Shown: piece after piece, positions 1-10,900 of the stretch
Layout: each line of letters opens with the position of its first letter
Numbering within the stretch: the first letter of the stretch is position 1
Assembly (NCBI GenBank): GCA_934486825.1
Contig: CAKSQF010000001.1
Span: 34,905 to 98,904 of the forward strand
From: an uncultured Eubacteriales bacterium
GTDB lineage: Bacteria; Bacillota; Clostridia; Oscillospirales; CAG-272
Direction: 5' to 3'
DNA: 64,000 nt
Program-made: the position numbers and the translations under genes
Notes under the pieces: model-generated
Told to the model about the DNA's origin: nothing
Seen by the model: only the letters and a program-made list of their open reading frames with translations
Database searches by the model: none

Positions 1-1
1 A

Positions 2-1147
2 AGCACGGGCATAGGTGATCTTGGCTTTCTGGACGATTTCGATGATAATGTGTTTGAAGGAAGCGCCGAGCTTTGCGAAAATCCCGAGGGCGATGAAAAC
101 GAAATAGCAAATTACATACAGAATTCCAACGCGGACGAGCTTGTCAACGAGATGGGACAGTATTCAAGCGCCGAGGATATGGAAAAAGCGCTCCTTCAGG
201 AGGGATTTTCGATAGACGATCCCGTAAGACTTTATCTGAAGGAAATAGGTAAGGTTTCACTGCTCGGCAGTGAAGCCGAAGCCGAACTTGCACAGACCGT
301 TTACGACGGAATACAGGCACAGACAATGCTGGACGAGCTTCAGAAAGATAAAGCGGCACAAAATGATCCCGCAGTCTCCGAATATCTTGAAACTCTCAGA
401 AAAAAGGTGGAGAAGGGACAGCGCGCGAAGGACAGACTTGTAGAGGCAAACCTGCGGCTTGTTGTCAGCATTGCAAAAAGACATTCCGGCAAAGGACTTT
501 CATTCCTTGATCTTATACAGGAAGGAAATCTCGGACTTCTTAAGGCAGCCGAGAAATTCGATTACCGCAAGGGATATAAATTTTCGACATATGCGACATG
601 GTGGATACGGCAGTCGATAACACGTGCGGTTGCCGATCAGGCAAGGACGATAAGAATACCGGTCCACATGGTTGAAACCATACACCGGCTTTCCCGTGTG
701 TCAAGACAGCTCAATCAGGAACTCGGAAGAGATCCGTCGGTTGATGAAATAGCTGCGGCTATGGGCGTTGCACCCGAAAAGGTGCGCGAAATAATGCGGA
801 TTGCGATGGATCCGGTTTCGCTGGAAACCCCGATAGGCGAGGAAGAGGATTCGCATCTCGGAGACTTTATACGGGACGATACCGCCATGACCCCGTCGGA
901 TTCGGTCTTTCATTCAATGCTCAGGGATGAGCTTCTCAAGGAGCTTCATACCCTCAGTCCGAGGGAAGAGCGCGTCCTTTTGCTCAGATACGGTCTTATT
1001 GACAATCATGTACATACGCTTGAGGAGGTAGGAGCCCAGCTTAATATAACAAGAGAACGTGTCCGCCAGATCGAGGCAAAGGCGCTTCGCAAAATCAGGG
1101 GAAAGATAAGCTTCAAAAGAAAGCATATAAACGATTATATTGATTGA
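2..1147 (+). CDS. rpoD: RNA polymerase sigma-70 family factor, RpoD/SigA-like (paralog 1). The frame is open to the window start, so the 5' end probably lies upstream.
   Basis: Carries region 1.2-like [12 protein letters not shown], region 2 [39 protein letters not shown], region 3 [13 protein letters not shown] and region 4.2 [18 protein letters not shown]. There is no stop codon in frame between nt 2 and the GTG at 50. Confidence 0.85.
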   Translation, partial: STGIGDLGFLDDFDDNVFEGSAELCENPEGDENEIANYIQNSNADELVNEMGQYSSAEDMEKALLQEGFSIDDPVRLYLKEIGKVSLLGSEAEAELAQTVYDGIQAQTMLDELQKDKAAQNDPAVSEYLETLRKKVEKGQRAKDRLVEANLRLVVSIAKRHSGKGLSFLDLIQEGNLGLLKAAEKFDYRKGYKFSTYATWWIRQSITRAVADQARTIRIPVHMVETIHRLSRVSRQLNQELGRDPSVDEIAAAMGVAPEKVREIMRIAMDPVSLETPIGEEEDSHLGDFIRDDTAMTPSDSVFHSMLRDELLKELHTLSPREERVLLLRYGLIDNHVHTLEEVGAQLNITRERVRQIEAKALRKIRGKISFKRKHINDYID

Positions 1148-1212
1148 TCTGTCCCCCGTGACAGCTCAACGAGCCGGATGAGGTCGGATTTGCCGATCTT
1201 GAATCAGAAAGG

Positions 1213-2430
1213 ATGGCAGATATAATGAATATCAGTGACGTAACAGAAGTGTTCAACGGATCGGACGTTGAAGGAATACTTGAAGGTGCAAATAAAAAAT
1301 CCATATCGGACAGCAATCTGATAGATGCGTTCGGGGATGACGATTTTGACATCGAACATGTGGAAAAGCTTTGTGAAAGCATGGATAATGCGGAAACCGC
1401 TACGAAGGAAGAGACGGTAAACGAAATAAATAATGCCGAAATAGCCGAAATCGAGAACGAAGCGGGACAGTACGGCTCTGCCGAGGAGATGGAAAAGCTT
1501 CTTGCACAGGGCGGACTTGCGATCGACGATCCGGTGAGGATGTACCTGAAGGAAATAGGACAGATACCGCTTCTGACCTCAGAGCAGGAAATGATCTGCG
1601 CACAGCAGATGAAGGAGGGTGCCGAGGCGGACAGCATGCTTGAAAATCCCGAGGGACTTGATCCCGATACGCTTGAACAGCTTAAAAAGCAGAGTGAGCT
1701 CGGAAATGAGGCGAAAAACAAGCTTGTCGAATCCAATCTGCGGCTTGTTGTCAGTGTGGCAAAAAGACATTCGGGCAAGGGACTTTCTTTTCTCGATCTT
1801 ATACAGGAAGGAAATCTGGGACTTCTGAAGGCGGTCGAAAAGTTTGATTACAGCAAAGGATTCAAATTTTCGACATATGCGACATGGTGGATACGTCAGT
1901 CGATAACAAGGGCAATAGCCGATCAGGCAAGAACGATACGGATTCCCGTTCATATGGTCGAAACCATCCATAAAGTGTCACGTGCATCGCGTAAGCTTCT
2001 CCAGGAATACGGAAGAGAGCCTACAAGCGAGGAGATTGCAAAGGAAGTCGATATGCCGGTCGATAAAGTACGCGAGATCATGAAAATCGCAATGGATCCG
2101 GTACCGCTTGAAACTCCTGTCGGAGAAGAGGATGATTCCCAGCTTTACGATTTTATAGAGGATGAGGATTCACCTTCGCCGTCCGACAGCGTTTCTCAGA
2201 GTATGCTGAGAGAACAGCTTGTTTCGGTGCTTCATACGCTTACTCCGAGGGAAGAACAGGTGCTTATGCTTCGTTTCGGACTCAAAGACGGACAGCAGCA
2301 TACCCTTGAAGAGGTCGGAGCCGCATTCCAGATAACGAGGGAGAGAATAAGGCAGATTGAGGCGAAAGCACTGCGTAAGCTGCGTCACCCGAGCCGCTCG
2401 CGTAAATTGCGCGATTATCTCGATAATTGA
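1213..2430 (+). CDS. rpoD: RNA polymerase sigma-70 family factor, RpoD/SigA-like (paralog 2), with an acidic N-terminal region
   Basis: Carries [65 protein letters not shown] and [20 protein letters not shown]. The ATG is preceded by GAAAGG. Confidence 0.9.
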   Translation: MADIMNISDVTEVFNGSDVEGILEGANKKSISDSNLIDAFGDDDFDIEHVEKLCESMDNAETATKEETVNEINNAEIAEIENEAGQYGSAEEMEKLLAQGGLAIDDPVRMYLKEIGQIPLLTSEQEMICAQQMKEGAEADSMLENPEGLDPDTLEQLKKQSELGNEAKNKLVESNLRLVVSVAKRHSGKGLSFLDLIQEGNLGLLKAVEKFDYSKGFKFSTYATWWIRQSITRAIADQARTIRIPVHMVETIHKVSRASRKLLQEYGREPTSEEIAKEVDMPVDKVREIMKIAMDPVPLETPVGEEDDSQLYDFIEDEDSPSPSDSVSQSMLREQLVSVLHTLTPREEQVLMLRFGLKDGQQHTLEEVGAAFQITRERIRQIEAKALRKLRHPSRSRKLRDYLDN

Positions 2431-2631
2431 CGAAATATTCTTTTTGTTGCAACAAAAATCGTCATTGTGTACAAACTGACGCAGTGTGTTTTGTTACAAA
2501 TGACACCGAAACTGTTTGCTTTTGACAAATTACAAAACAAATATTGTGCAACATGAATTAATAAACTGTGAACAATGTTTTTGACTGATAAAACTGAAAA
2601 AAATATTTCGGTTTTTGAGAGTTTGCACACC

Positions 2632-2660
2632 TTGACAGATTGCGAAATTTATTGTAAAAT
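2632..2660 (+). promoter_or_regulatory. Sigma-70-type promoter for the lipoprotein gene
   Basis: TTGACA (2632-2637), a 17-nt spacer ending in TG, then TAAAAT (2655-2660). Confidence 0.55.
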
Positions 2661-2742
2661 ACGATGTAAATAAGCAGGCGGACGTTATCGCCTGCGGTAT
2701 ATGATATAACTCATTTTTGAGATTCCAAGGAGGAAATCCCGC

Positions 2743-4479
2743 ATGAAAAAACACATTGTAAGCTTCGGTCTTGCATTGCTGATGCTTATTTCTGCTTTGT
2801 CGGTTCTTACAGGTTGTCAGGAGAACCGTAATACTCAGGAAGATAGTGTTGTAAAACCTCTCACACTTACCTTGACTATGGTGACGGGCAGGGAAACTAC
2901 CCCTGAAGGAATAGCCGCCGCTCAGGCAGCAATGAATAAAATAACCGAGAATGATCTCAATATACATGTGGTTCTGCAGCTGTATACCGAGGATGAGTAC
3001 AAGAGTGCGGTTATGGCGAAGCTGAAGGCAAGACAGGCTGATGTGGATGCCGGCATAAAGAAGACATCTATCGGTCAGGAAACGGATAAAAAGATTATCG
3101 AGATCGTCGAAGGACAGAAACGTGAAGTTACCGCTTTCCCCGATCCGTATGAAAACCAGATCGATATCTTCATGATACCCGACAGGGAAATGTATCTTGA
3201 GCTTTACAGTATTGCGAACGCCACCGAGGGCGTAAGGGTCGATTACCTTAACAGATCCGATGTGGATGCGGGTATAACCTCCGAGGATGTGGCCCCGAAG
3301 CTTGTCAAATATATATCGGGGGATCTTTTGGGCTATTGCACCGACGATATCTACGGCGGCTCGATCTCGTTTATCCCGAGAACCTATTACTACGGCGAAT
3401 ACGAATATCTCCTCGTTAAAAAGGAGCTTTTTGATAAGTATCCTTATACCATAACCGATATGAAGAGCCTCCCCGATCTGCGCGAGTATCTTGTTGATGT
3501 TGCGGAAAATGAAAAGGGTGTTACCCCGCTCTATAACATCTTTGATATGGGACTTGTAAGCGTTACGGGTAAGCAGTCGGTTTTCGCAAAGGCGCTTACG
3601 ACCGGAATGAAAGAGAACGATCAGGGTCTTACACCCGGTGCGATAACCACAAGTAGCGATATAAGAAAGATTCTTGCCACATATGTTGACTGCGGGCGCG
3701 TAAACGGGGATTATGCACAGCATAATAAAGAGGTTGATTTCAACGCAAACTTCGCAGCGGCGTTCATAAAGGGTACAGCCGATCTTCCCGCAAAATACGA
3801 GGATGAATATTACGTAATCCGTACCGGTAATCCCGTGGCTGAAAAGTCCGCTATGTTTGATTACTGCTTTGCTCTTTCGAATTATTCGTCCGATGCATCC
3901 AGATGCATGAAGCTGATACAGGAGCTTTATACGAATGAGGCACTGCTCAACGCTCTTCTTTACGGCGAAGAGAACGTAACATATATCAAGGACGAAGAGA
4001 GCGGAATAGTTACAAGAAAGCACAGCGGCGAGGGAAACTCCATATACATAATGGATGAGTATCAGGTCGGAAACGCATTTCTTGCATGGCAGAACAGTGA
4101 GATGAGCGAAGAAGAACTGGAGATATCGGCAGACGGCTGGAGACTTGCAAAGCGGGCATATTCGGATGCGATTTTCTCTCCCTATGCAAGATTCAATGTT
4201 GTGATGGATTCCGAGGAGGATTATACCGATTCAAGTACGGTTCTCCTTGAGGATTATTTCGATCAGCTTGCGGTTCTTTATGATGAACTTTGGGTCAAGC
4301 TTCGTGAGTTTGAAGCGTTTGATTCCACACAGAACGACACGGCGACTGCGGATGAATTCATAACCTATCTTGATAAATGGCTTATGGCACAGGAATGTAT
4401 GAAGCAGATGACCGGTACGCTGAAACGCGGTCTGACACAGCAGTATGTCGTATGGTGGCGTTCCATATACAGCACCTGA
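2743..4479 (+). CDS. Large extracellular solute-binding-type lipoprotein, with no adjacent ABC permease genes
   Basis: Signal peptide with lipobox MKKHIVSFGLALLMLISALSVLTGC. Strong RBS AAGGAGG. The size and composition are typical of family-1-like sugar-binding lipoproteins; the family assignment is an inference. Confidence 0.6.
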   Translation: MKKHIVSFGLALLMLISALSVLTGCQENRNTQEDSVVKPLTLTLTMVTGRETTPEGIAAAQAAMNKITENDLNIHVVLQLYTEDEYKSAVMAKLKARQADVDAGIKKTSIGQETDKKIIEIVEGQKREVTAFPDPYENQIDIFMIPDREMYLELYSIANATEGVRVDYLNRSDVDAGITSEDVAPKLVKYISGDLLGYCTDDIYGGSISFIPRTYYYGEYEYLLVKKELFDKYPYTITDMKSLPDLREYLVDVAENEKGVTPLYNIFDMGLVSVTGKQSVFAKALTTGMKENDQGLTPGAITTSSDIRKILATYVDCGRVNGDYAQHNKEVDFNANFAAAFIKGTADLPAKYEDEYYVIRTGNPVAEKSAMFDYCFALSNYSSDASRCMKLIQELYTNEALLNALLYGEENVTYIKDEESGIVTRKHSGEGNSIYIMDEYQVGNAFLAWQNSEMSEEELEISADGWRLAKRAYSDAIFSPYARFNVVMDSEEDYTDSSTVLLEDYFDQLAVLYDELWVKLREFEAFDSTQNDTATADEFITYLDKWLMAQECMKQMTGTLKRGLTQQYVVWWRSIYST

Positions 4480-4515
4480 TGCTGTATCGCATTAAAATTT
4501 GTTAAATGTTTTTAC

Positions 4516-4543
4516 ACCGATCGACCCGTAAGGGTCGGTCGGT
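4516..4543 (+). terminator. Intrinsic terminator hairpin after the lipoprotein gene
   Basis: ACCGATCGACCC-GTAA-GGGTCGGTCGGT stem-loop followed by a T-rich tract. Confidence 0.6.
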
Positions 4544-4645
4544 ATTCTGATGTTTGAATTGTTGTTGATGTTGAACAAATAAATCCGATTAAATATCTGC
4601 GGTTTGTAAAAAAAATAGAATTTTAATGCATAATTACAGCATGGC

Positions 4646-4674
4646 TTGACTTTTGAAAGGTTGAATGGTATAAT
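4646..4674 (+). promoter_or_regulatory. Sigma-70 promoter of the str operon
   Basis: TTGACT (4646-4651), a 17-nt spacer, then an extended -10 TGGTATAAT (TATAAT at 4669-4674). Confidence 0.65.
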
Positions 4675-4765
4675 AACAAAGTCTAATGATGCGTACTTGT
4701 GTAACAAAGTAATATTGCATTGTCGGATTGATAAACATGATTCTTTACAGAACAGGAGGTGCAGT

Positions 4766-5188
4766 ATGCCAACATTTAACCAGCTTGTAAAGCAGGGCAG
4801 ATCAAAGAAGGTCTTCAAGTCGAAGTCTCCTATGCTTCAAAAGGGATTCAACACTCTGAATAACGCTCCGACGGATCAGAATTCTCCCCAGAAGAGAGGA
4901 GTTTGCACGAAGGTATCGACGACCAGCCCGAAAAAGCCTAACTCGGCTCTTCGTAAGATTGCCAGAGTAAAGCTTACCAACGGTCTCGAAGCAACCACTT
5001 ATATTCCCGGTATCGGACACAATCTTCAGGAACACTCGGTTGTGCTGATTCGCGGCGGACGTGTTCGTGACCTTCCCGGTGTGCGTTACCACATTATTCG
5101 CGGAACGCTTGATACCCAGGGCGTTGATGCCCGCAGACAGAGCCGTTCAAAGTACGGCGCAAAAACCCCCAAAGCAGCAAAGAAGTAA
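4766..5188 (+). CDS. rpsL: 30S ribosomal protein S12
   Basis: Carries [12 protein letters not shown]...SPQKRGVCT...KKPNSALRK...[30 protein letters not shown]. The ATG at 4766 is preceded by AGGAGG. The upstream part of the tracked ORF (4646-4765) overlaps the promoter and is not coding. Confidence 0.97.
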   Translation: MPTFNQLVKQGRSKKVFKSKSPMLQKGFNTLNNAPTDQNSPQKRGVCTKVSTTSPKKPNSALRKIARVKLTNGLEATTYIPGIGHNLQEHSVVLIRGGRVRDLPGVRYHIIRGTLDTQGVDARRQSRSKYGAKTPKAAKK

Positions 5189-5342
5189 TTTGCGGCAAGG
5201 GTAGGTATAAAAAACATCTGATCGTTTGTGCCACCGAGACTGTTAAAGATGAATGTTTATTGAAACCGACAGCCTGAGCACTTAACGGAAGAAAGATTTC
5301 GAGTACCTGTGATATCATTTTTTTATGAAGGAGGGAAGTACA

Positions 5343-5813
5343 GTGCCTAGAAGAGGACGAATTTCCAAAAGAGAAGTATTGCCGGATCCTATGTATAATT
5401 CAAAGCTGGTTACAAAGCTTATAAATAACATAATGTATGACGGCAAAAAGGGAGTTGCTCAGAAGATCGTTTACGATGCATTTGCAATCGTGGAAGAGAA
5501 ATCCGGCAAAAATGCCCTTGAAGTATTTACTACAGCACTGGAGAACATTATGCCTGTTCTCGAGGTAAAGGCTCGCCGTGTCGGCGGCTCAACCTATCAG
5601 GTTCCTATGGATGTAAGACCCGAAAGACGTCAGACACTCGGTCTGCGTTGGCTCAGGACATATTCGAGAAACCGCAGTGAAAACACAATGGCAGAACGCC
5701 TTGCAGCAGAAATTCTTGATGCAAACAACAATATGGGCGGAGCTGTCAAGAAAAAAGAAGAGACCCATAAAATGGCTGAGGCTAACAAGGCTTTCGCTCA
5801 TTACAGATATTGA
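5343..5813 (+). CDS. rpsG: 30S ribosomal protein S7
   Basis: (V)[27 protein letters not shown] matches the canonical S7 N-terminus. The GTG at 5343 lies 7 nt after AAGGAGGG. Confidence 0.95.
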   Translation: MPRRGRISKREVLPDPMYNSKLVTKLINNIMYDGKKGVAQKIVYDAFAIVEEKSGKNALEVFTTALENIMPVLEVKARRVGGSTYQVPMDVRPERRQTLGLRWLRTYSRNRSENTMAERLAAEILDANNNMGGAVKKKEETHKMAEANKAFAHYRY

Positions 5814-5864
5814 TCTGACTTTTGTCAATCGTTTTTGTAGTTTAAAAATTAAGGAGAAAAGTCA

Positions 5865-7970
5865 ATGCCCAGAGAATATTCACTTGAAAATACCCGTAAT
5901 ATCGGTATAATGGCTCATATAGACGCCGGAAAAACGACGACTACCGAGCGTATCCTTTTTTATACGGGTGTAAACCATAAGATCGGCGAGACCCATGACG
6001 GTGAAGCGACGATGGACTGGATGGCTCAGGAGCAGGAAAGAGGTATTACAATTACTTCTGCGGCTACTACCTGCCATTGGAAAAAGGCAGACGGTTCCGC
6101 GCCTGAGACGCGTATCAACATTATTGATACCCCCGGTCACGTTGACTTTACGGTTGAGGTTGAAAGATCGCTCCGCGTGCTTGACGGTTCCGTAACCGTT
6201 CTGTGCGCAAAGGGCGGTGTCGAACCTCAGTCGGAGACCGTGTGGCGTCAGGCTGATAAGTACGGTGTCCCGAGAATGGTCTATGTAAACAAAATGGACA
6301 TAATGGGCGCCAATTTCTACCGCTGCGTGGACATGCTTCATGAAAGACTGAAGGCAAACGCAGTGCCGATTCAGCTTCCTATCGGAGCTGAGGAATCGTT
6401 TAAAGGTATCATTGACCTTATGAACATGGAAGCGGACGTCTATTATGATGAGATGGGTAAGGACATGCGTGTTGAGTCCATTCCCGCGGACATGCTTGAT
6501 AAAGCCAATGACTATCACGCAAAGATGGTGGAAGCTATCGTTGAGACAGATGATGACCTTGCAATGAAGTACCTTGAGGGCGAGGAAATTTCGGTTCCCG
6601 AGCTCAAGGCTGCTCTTCGTAAGGCTACGATCGATAACAAGATCGTGCCTGTCATCTGCGGAACCTCTTATAAAAACAAGGGCGTTCAGAAGCTTCTTGA
6701 TGCCATCGTCGATTATATGCCTGCTCCTACCGATGTTCCTCCGATCAAGGGTATCGACCCCGATGCGGATCCGGATAACAACGAGGTTGAGTGCTATGCA
6801 ACCGACGACGGTAACTTTGCAGCTCTTGCATTCAAGATTATGACAGACCCCTATGTCGGAAAGCTCTGCTTCTTCCGTGTTTACGAAGGAACTCTTCCGG
6901 CGGGTACGACTGTTTATAACTCAACAAAACGTCAGAAAGAAAGAATCGGCCGTATTCTTCAGATGCACGCAAATCAGCGTAAAGACCTTGATATCTGCTA
7001 TTCCGGCGATATTGCCGCAGCAGTCGGTCTGAAATACACCACAACAGGTGATACGCTTTGCAACGAAGATCATCCGGTTGTTCTTGAGTCAATGGAATTC
7101 CCGGAACCTGTTATCAAAGAGGCGATTGAGCCGAAGACAAGAGCTGCTCAGGAAAAGATGGGCATAGCTCTTGCAAAGCTCGCCGAGGAGGATCCGACCT
7201 TCCGTACCTATACCGATGAGGAGACAGGTCAGACAATCATCGCGGGAATGGGTGAGCTTCACCTTGAGATAATTGTTGACCGTCTGCTTCGCGAGTTCAA
7301 GGTCGAGGCGAATATCGGTGCTCCGCAGGTTTCGTATAAGGAAACCATCACAACCTCTGCCGATGAGGATTGCAAGTATGCACGTCAGTCGGGTGGTAAG
7401 GGTCAGTATGGTCATGTCAAGATCACAATTGAGCCCAACGAACCCGGAAAAGGATATGAATTCATCAATAAGGTTGTCGGCGGTGCTATCCCGAAGGAAT
7501 ATATTCCGGCGGTTGATGCAGGTATACAGGGCGCAATGCAGAACGGTATCCTTGCAGGCTACAATGTAGTTGACGTCAAGGTTACACTGTATGACGGTTC
7601 TTATCATGAAGTCGACTCTTCCGAAATGGCGTTCAAGATTGCCGGTTCGATGGCGTTCAAGAATGCGATGAGAAAGGCAAAGCCGGTTCTGACAGAGCCG
7701 ATCATGAAGGTTGTTACAATAACACCTAATGATTATCTCGGATTTGTTATAGGCGACTTCAACAGCCGCAGAGGACAGATCCAGTCAACAGAAGAGCTTT
7801 CGGGCGCAACAGAGGTTATTGCCAATGTGCCGCTCGCAAACATGTTCGGGTATGCTACCGACCTCCGCTCCGGAACACAGGGACGCGGTCAGTATTCTAT
7901 GGAACCCAGCCATTTTGCAGAGGTTCCGAAGAGCATAGCTGAAGAAATCATAAAAAATAAATCCAAATAA
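5865..7970 (+). CDS. fusA: Translation elongation factor G
   Basis: Carries [28 protein letters not shown] and NKMD GTPase motifs. It is 701 aa and sits in the str operon context. Confidence 0.97.
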   Translation: MPREYSLENTRNIGIMAHIDAGKTTTTERILFYTGVNHKIGETHDGEATMDWMAQEQERGITITSAATTCHWKKADGSAPETRINIIDTPGHVDFTVEVERSLRVLDGSVTVLCAKGGVEPQSETVWRQADKYGVPRMVYVNKMDIMGANFYRCVDMLHERLKANAVPIQLPIGAEESFKGIIDLMNMEADVYYDEMGKDMRVESIPADMLDKANDYHAKMVEAIVETDDDLAMKYLEGEEISVPELKAALRKATIDNKIVPVICGTSYKNKGVQKLLDAIVDYMPAPTDVPPIKGIDPDADPDNNEVECYATDDGNFAALAFKIMTDPYVGKLCFFRVYEGTLPAGTTVYNSTKRQKERIGRILQMHANQRKDLDICYSGDIAAAVGLKYTTTGDTLCNEDHPVVLESMEFPEPVIKEAIEPKTRAAQEKMGIALAKLAEEDPTFRTYTDEETGQTIIAGMGELHLEIIVDRLLREFKVEANIGAPQVSYKETITTSADEDCKYARQSGGKGQYGHVKITIEPNEPGKGYEFINKVVGGAIPKEYIPAVDAGIQGAMQNGILAGYNVVDVKVTLYDGSYHEVDSSEMAFKIAGSMAFKNAMRKAKPVLTEPIMKVVTITPNDYLGFVIGDFNSRRGQIQSTEELSGATEVIANVPLANMFGYATDLRSGTQGRGQYSMEPSHFAEVPKSIAEEIIKNKSK

Positions 7971-8007
7971 TCAAAAACTTGATTATAAATTTTAGGAGGA
8001 AATTAAA

Positions 8008-9213
8008 ATGGCAAAGGCTAAATTTGAAAGAACAAAGCCCCATGTAAACATTGGTACCATCGGTCACGTTGACCACGGTAAGACCACCCTTACCGCAGCT
8101 ATCACCAAGGCTCTGGCACTGAAGAACTCCAACATCGAGTTCCTTGCATATGACCAGATCGACAACGCTCCCGAGGAAAAGGCTCGTGGAATCACAATTA
8201 ACACCCGTCACGTAGAATATGAGACCGACAAGCGTCACTACGCGCATGTCGACTGCCCCGGCCATGCTGACTATGTCAAGAACATGATTACCGGTGCGGC
8301 TCAGATGGACGGCGCAATCCTCGTTGTTGCAGGTACAGACGGACCTCTTCAGCAGACCCGTGAGCACGTTCTTCTTGCACGTCAGGTCGGCGTTCCCGCA
8401 ATTGTTGTATTCCTTAACAAGTGCGATATCGTTGACGACCCCGAACTTCTCGACCTCGTTGAGATGGAAGTTCGTGACCTTCTCTCGTCCTACGATTTCC
8501 CGGGCGATGACGTTCCGGTAATCCGCGGCTCCGCTCGTGAAGCACTCCTCTCTCCGTCCAAGGATCCGAGCGATCCCGTTTACGCTCCTATCTATGAGCT
8601 TATGGACGCTGTTGATGAGTATATTCCTACTCCTGACCGTCAGGCTGACCTTCCTTTCCTTATGCCTGTCGAGGACGTATTCTCGATCTCCGGCCGTGGT
8701 ACGGTTGCTACCGGTCGTGTAGAGCGTGGTACTGTCAAGATCGGCGACGTTTGCGAAATAGTAGGTCTTTCCGATGAAAAGAAGTCTACAACCGTTACAG
8801 GCGTTGAGATGTTCCATAAGACTGTTGACGTTGCGGAAGCAGGCGATAATATCGGAGCTCTTCTCCGTGGTATCGCAAAGAATGAGATCGAGCGTGGACA
8901 GGTTCTCTGTAAGCCCGGTTCCGTTCATCCTCATACCAAGTTTGTAGGACATGTTTACGTTCTTACCGAAAAGGAAGGCGGACGTCAGAAGCCCTTCTTC
9001 TCAGGCTACCGTCCTCAGTTCTACTTCAGAACAACCGACGTTACCGGTGTTATCACTCTTCCCGAAGGCGTTGATATGTGCCGTCCGGGTGATAACGTTG
9101 ATATGAACGTTGAGCTCATTACTCCTATAGCTATGGAACAGAACCTCCGTTTTGCAATCCGTGAGGGTGGCAGAACCGTTGGTTCGGGTGTCGTTGCATC
9201 CATCATTGCTTAA
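8008..9213 (+). CDS. tuf: Translation elongation factor Tu
   Basis: Carries [41 protein letters not shown] and NKCD. RBS is TAGGAGG. Confidence 0.98.
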   Translation: MAKAKFERTKPHVNIGTIGHVDHGKTTLTAAITKALALKNSNIEFLAYDQIDNAPEEKARGITINTRHVEYETDKRHYAHVDCPGHADYVKNMITGAAQMDGAILVVAGTDGPLQQTREHVLLARQVGVPAIVVFLNKCDIVDDPELLDLVEMEVRDLLSSYDFPGDDVPVIRGSAREALLSPSKDPSDPVYAPIYELMDAVDEYIPTPDRQADLPFLMPVEDVFSISGRGTVATGRVERGTVKIGDVCEIVGLSDEKKSTTVTGVEMFHKTVDVAEAGDNIGALLRGIAKNEIERGQVLCKPGSVHPHTKFVGHVYVLTEKEGGRQKPFFSGYRPQFYFRTTDVTGVITLPEGVDMCRPGDNVDMNVELITPIAMEQNLRFAIREGGRTVGSGVVASIIA

Positions 9214-9251
9214 GTCGGTAATTGAAGCGACCGGTTTGATTTAAAAGTTTG

Positions 9252-9283
9252 TTCCCAAAGGATGCCAAGGTATCCTTTGGGAA
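9252..9283 (+). terminator. Terminator hairpin after tuf
   Basis: TTCCCAAAGGAT-loop-ATCCTTTGGGAA, a perfect 12-bp stem. The trailing T tract is weak. Confidence 0.55.
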
Positions 9284-9300
9284 TAAACAATAATAAAATA

Positions 9301-9432
9301 TCTTTAGGGGTTGGTGAAATTCCACACCGGCGGTGATTGAATTTTCAGAAAATTCATAAGTCCGCGAGCGCAAGTCGCTGATCAGGTCAGATTCCTGTAC
9401 CGACGGTAAAGTCCGGATGGGAAAAGATAGAA
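9301..9432 (+). promoter_or_regulatory. FMN riboswitch (RFN element) aptamer
   Basis: Carries the conserved RFN core strings GGTGAAATTCCACACCGGCGGTG, AGTCCGCGAGCG, GATCAGGTCAGATTCCTGTACCGACGGTAAAGTCCGGATGGGAAAAG. Confidence 0.9.
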
Positions 9433-9440
9433 ATATTTGC

Positions 9441-9467
9441 CCCGACACAGTTGTGTCGGTTTTTTTA
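9441..9467 (+). terminator. Expression-platform terminator of the FMN riboswitch
   Basis: CCGACA-CAGTTG-TGTCGG hairpin followed by TTTTTTT. Confidence 0.75.
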
Positions 9468-9492
9468 TCCTTTCCCCGTTTATGGGGGATAT

Positions 9493-10173
9493 ATGCTTAA
9501 TACTAAAATAAAAAATCATGACCAAATTCAAAAAACAGTAATTCTTGCACTTTTTACTGCGCTTTCTTTTCTGATACAGTTTGTTTTCAGGATAAAGGTT
9601 CAGTTTCTGACCTTTGACGCCAAGGATGCTGTTATGACTGTTGCCGCAATGATATACGGTCCGTTGTACGGACTCATTATATCGTTCGCCGTTGCTTTGT
9701 TGGAGGCAATTACAATAAGCTCAACCGGCATATGGGGTTTTCTGATGAATTTTCTCGGCTCTGCGTCTTTTGTTCTGATTTCTTCGCTTGTTTATAAATA
9801 TAAACGGACGCTTGGCGGGGCGATTGCCGGTTTGTCACTTTCAGTGCTTTTTTCGACTGTAGTTATGCTCGGACTGAATATTCTGATTACCCCGATATAT
9901 ATGGGTGTCGCAGTCAGACAGGTGCTCACTTTGATACCGACCCTTCTGTTGCCTTTCAACCTGATGAAAGCCGTCTTTAATGCCGGACTTGTTCTCCTGC
10001 TGTATAAGCCGATAGTCAGGGCAATGCGTAAGGCAAAACTTGTTGAAAGCGGTGAATATCGGGCAAACGGTAAACGATCGTCTGTCGTGGTTTTTGTACT
10101 TGCATTGATTTTTATAATGATCGGTGTTGTCGGTTTTCTTGTTTTAAACGGAAAAATCAATTTTTTCCGATAA
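9493..10173 (+). CDS. ribU: Riboflavin transporter-like membrane protein (ECF S-component RibU-like)
   Basis: A multi-pass hydrophobic protein of about 226 aa lying immediately downstream of the FMN riboswitch. The ATG at 9493 follows the riboswitch terminator; the tracked start at 9451 lies inside that terminator. Confidence 0.7.
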   Translation: MLNTKIKNHDQIQKTVILALFTALSFLIQFVFRIKVQFLTFDAKDAVMTVAAMIYGPLYGLIISFAVALLEAITISSTGIWGFLMNFLGSASFVLISSLVYKYKRTLGGAIAGLSLSVLFSTVVMLGLNILITPIYMGVAVRQVLTLIPTLLLPFNLMKAVFNAGLVLLLYKPIVRAMRKAKLVESGEYRANGKRSSVVVFVLALIFIMIGVVGFLVLNGKINFFR

Positions 10174-10190
10174 AAGTAAAAGGTTTTGAA

Positions 10191-10694
10191 ATGGTAAAAG
10201 CAATCGAAAATTTTTTTCTCAAAATACTCGGTAAACACCTCTGCGTTTTTTTCTGTTCGATGATACCGATAATAGAGCTTCGCGGCGCTATACCGCTCGG
10301 AGCAGGGCTCGGACTCCCTTTTTGGCAGAATTATCTTATAAGTGTTGTCGGAAATATGTTGCCTGTTCCGTTCATTCTTCTGTTTATCAATGCGATACTC
10401 AAATGGATGTCCGGATGCAGGATCAAGCTGTTTAATAAGATTGCCTCATGGCTTTTCCGTAAAGCCGAAAAGAACCGCGCAAAAATAGAGAAATATACAA
10501 CATGGGGACTTGTTATTTTCGTCGCGATTCCTCTTCCGGGCACCGGAGCATGGACAGGAGCACTTGCGGCATCACTTTTTAACCTTAAATTCAAAAAATC
10601 CATTTTGTCTATTTTTGTCGGAGTGTTGATTGCCGGTCTGATAATGTCGGCGGCATCCTACGGAGTTGTCGGATTTCTTAAAATATTCATGTAA
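10191..10694 (+). CDS. Small membrane protein of the COG2426 / small multidrug export-like family
   Basis: Carries IPIIELRGAIPLG and PLPGTGAWTGALAASLF motifs, with about four TM segments. Confidence 0.5.
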   Translation: MVKAIENFFLKILGKHLCVFFCSMIPIIELRGAIPLGAGLGLPFWQNYLISVVGNMLPVPFILLFINAILKWMSGCRIKLFNKIASWLFRKAEKNRAKIEKYTTWGLVIFVAIPLPGTGAWTGALAASLFNLKFKKSILSIFVGVLIAGLIMSAASYGVVGFLKIFM

Positions 10695-10699
10695 AACTA

Positions 10700-10728
10700 T
10701 TGATTTTTCACATTTGTTGTGATATAAT
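10700..10728 (+). promoter_or_regulatory. Sigma-70 promoter of the metK leader
   Basis: TTGATT (10700-10705), a 17-nt spacer, then TATAAT (10723-10728). Confidence 0.7.
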
Positions 10729-10735
10729 ATCGGTA

Positions 10736-10872
10736 TCTTATCAAGAGTGGCGGAGGGACAGGCCCGACGATGCCACGGCAACCTGCAGTGATGTAAGGTG
10801 CCAATTCCTTGGAGATGAGATCAGATAGATCTCTGTCCTCGGATTTTTCCGGGGATTTTCTGTTGTCGGCAG
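10736..10872 (+). promoter_or_regulatory. SAM-I (S-box) riboswitch
   Basis: TCTTATCAAGAGTGGCGGAGGGACAGGCCCGACGATGCCACGGCAACC...AAGGTGCCAATTCC matches the S-box core. It is followed by metK. Confidence 0.88.
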
Positions 10873-10900
10873 TTGTATGTAAATGAAAGGAAGAGTTAAA

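Noticed and set aside
2530-4023. 497-aa ORF on the minus strand
   Set aside because: It is entirely antisense to the well-supported lipoprotein gene (2743-4479). It has low-complexity Cys/Ile/Phe-rich composition, no RBS and no recognisable motif.
4646-4765. N-terminal extension of the rpsL ORF in the track
   Set aside because: The extension overlaps the TTGACT/TATAAT promoter. The canonical S12 N-terminus MPTFNQL starts at 4766 with an AGGAGG RBS.
7948-8952. 334-aa minus-strand ORF
   Set aside because: It is antisense to tuf, whose identity is unambiguous. This is a shadow ORF.
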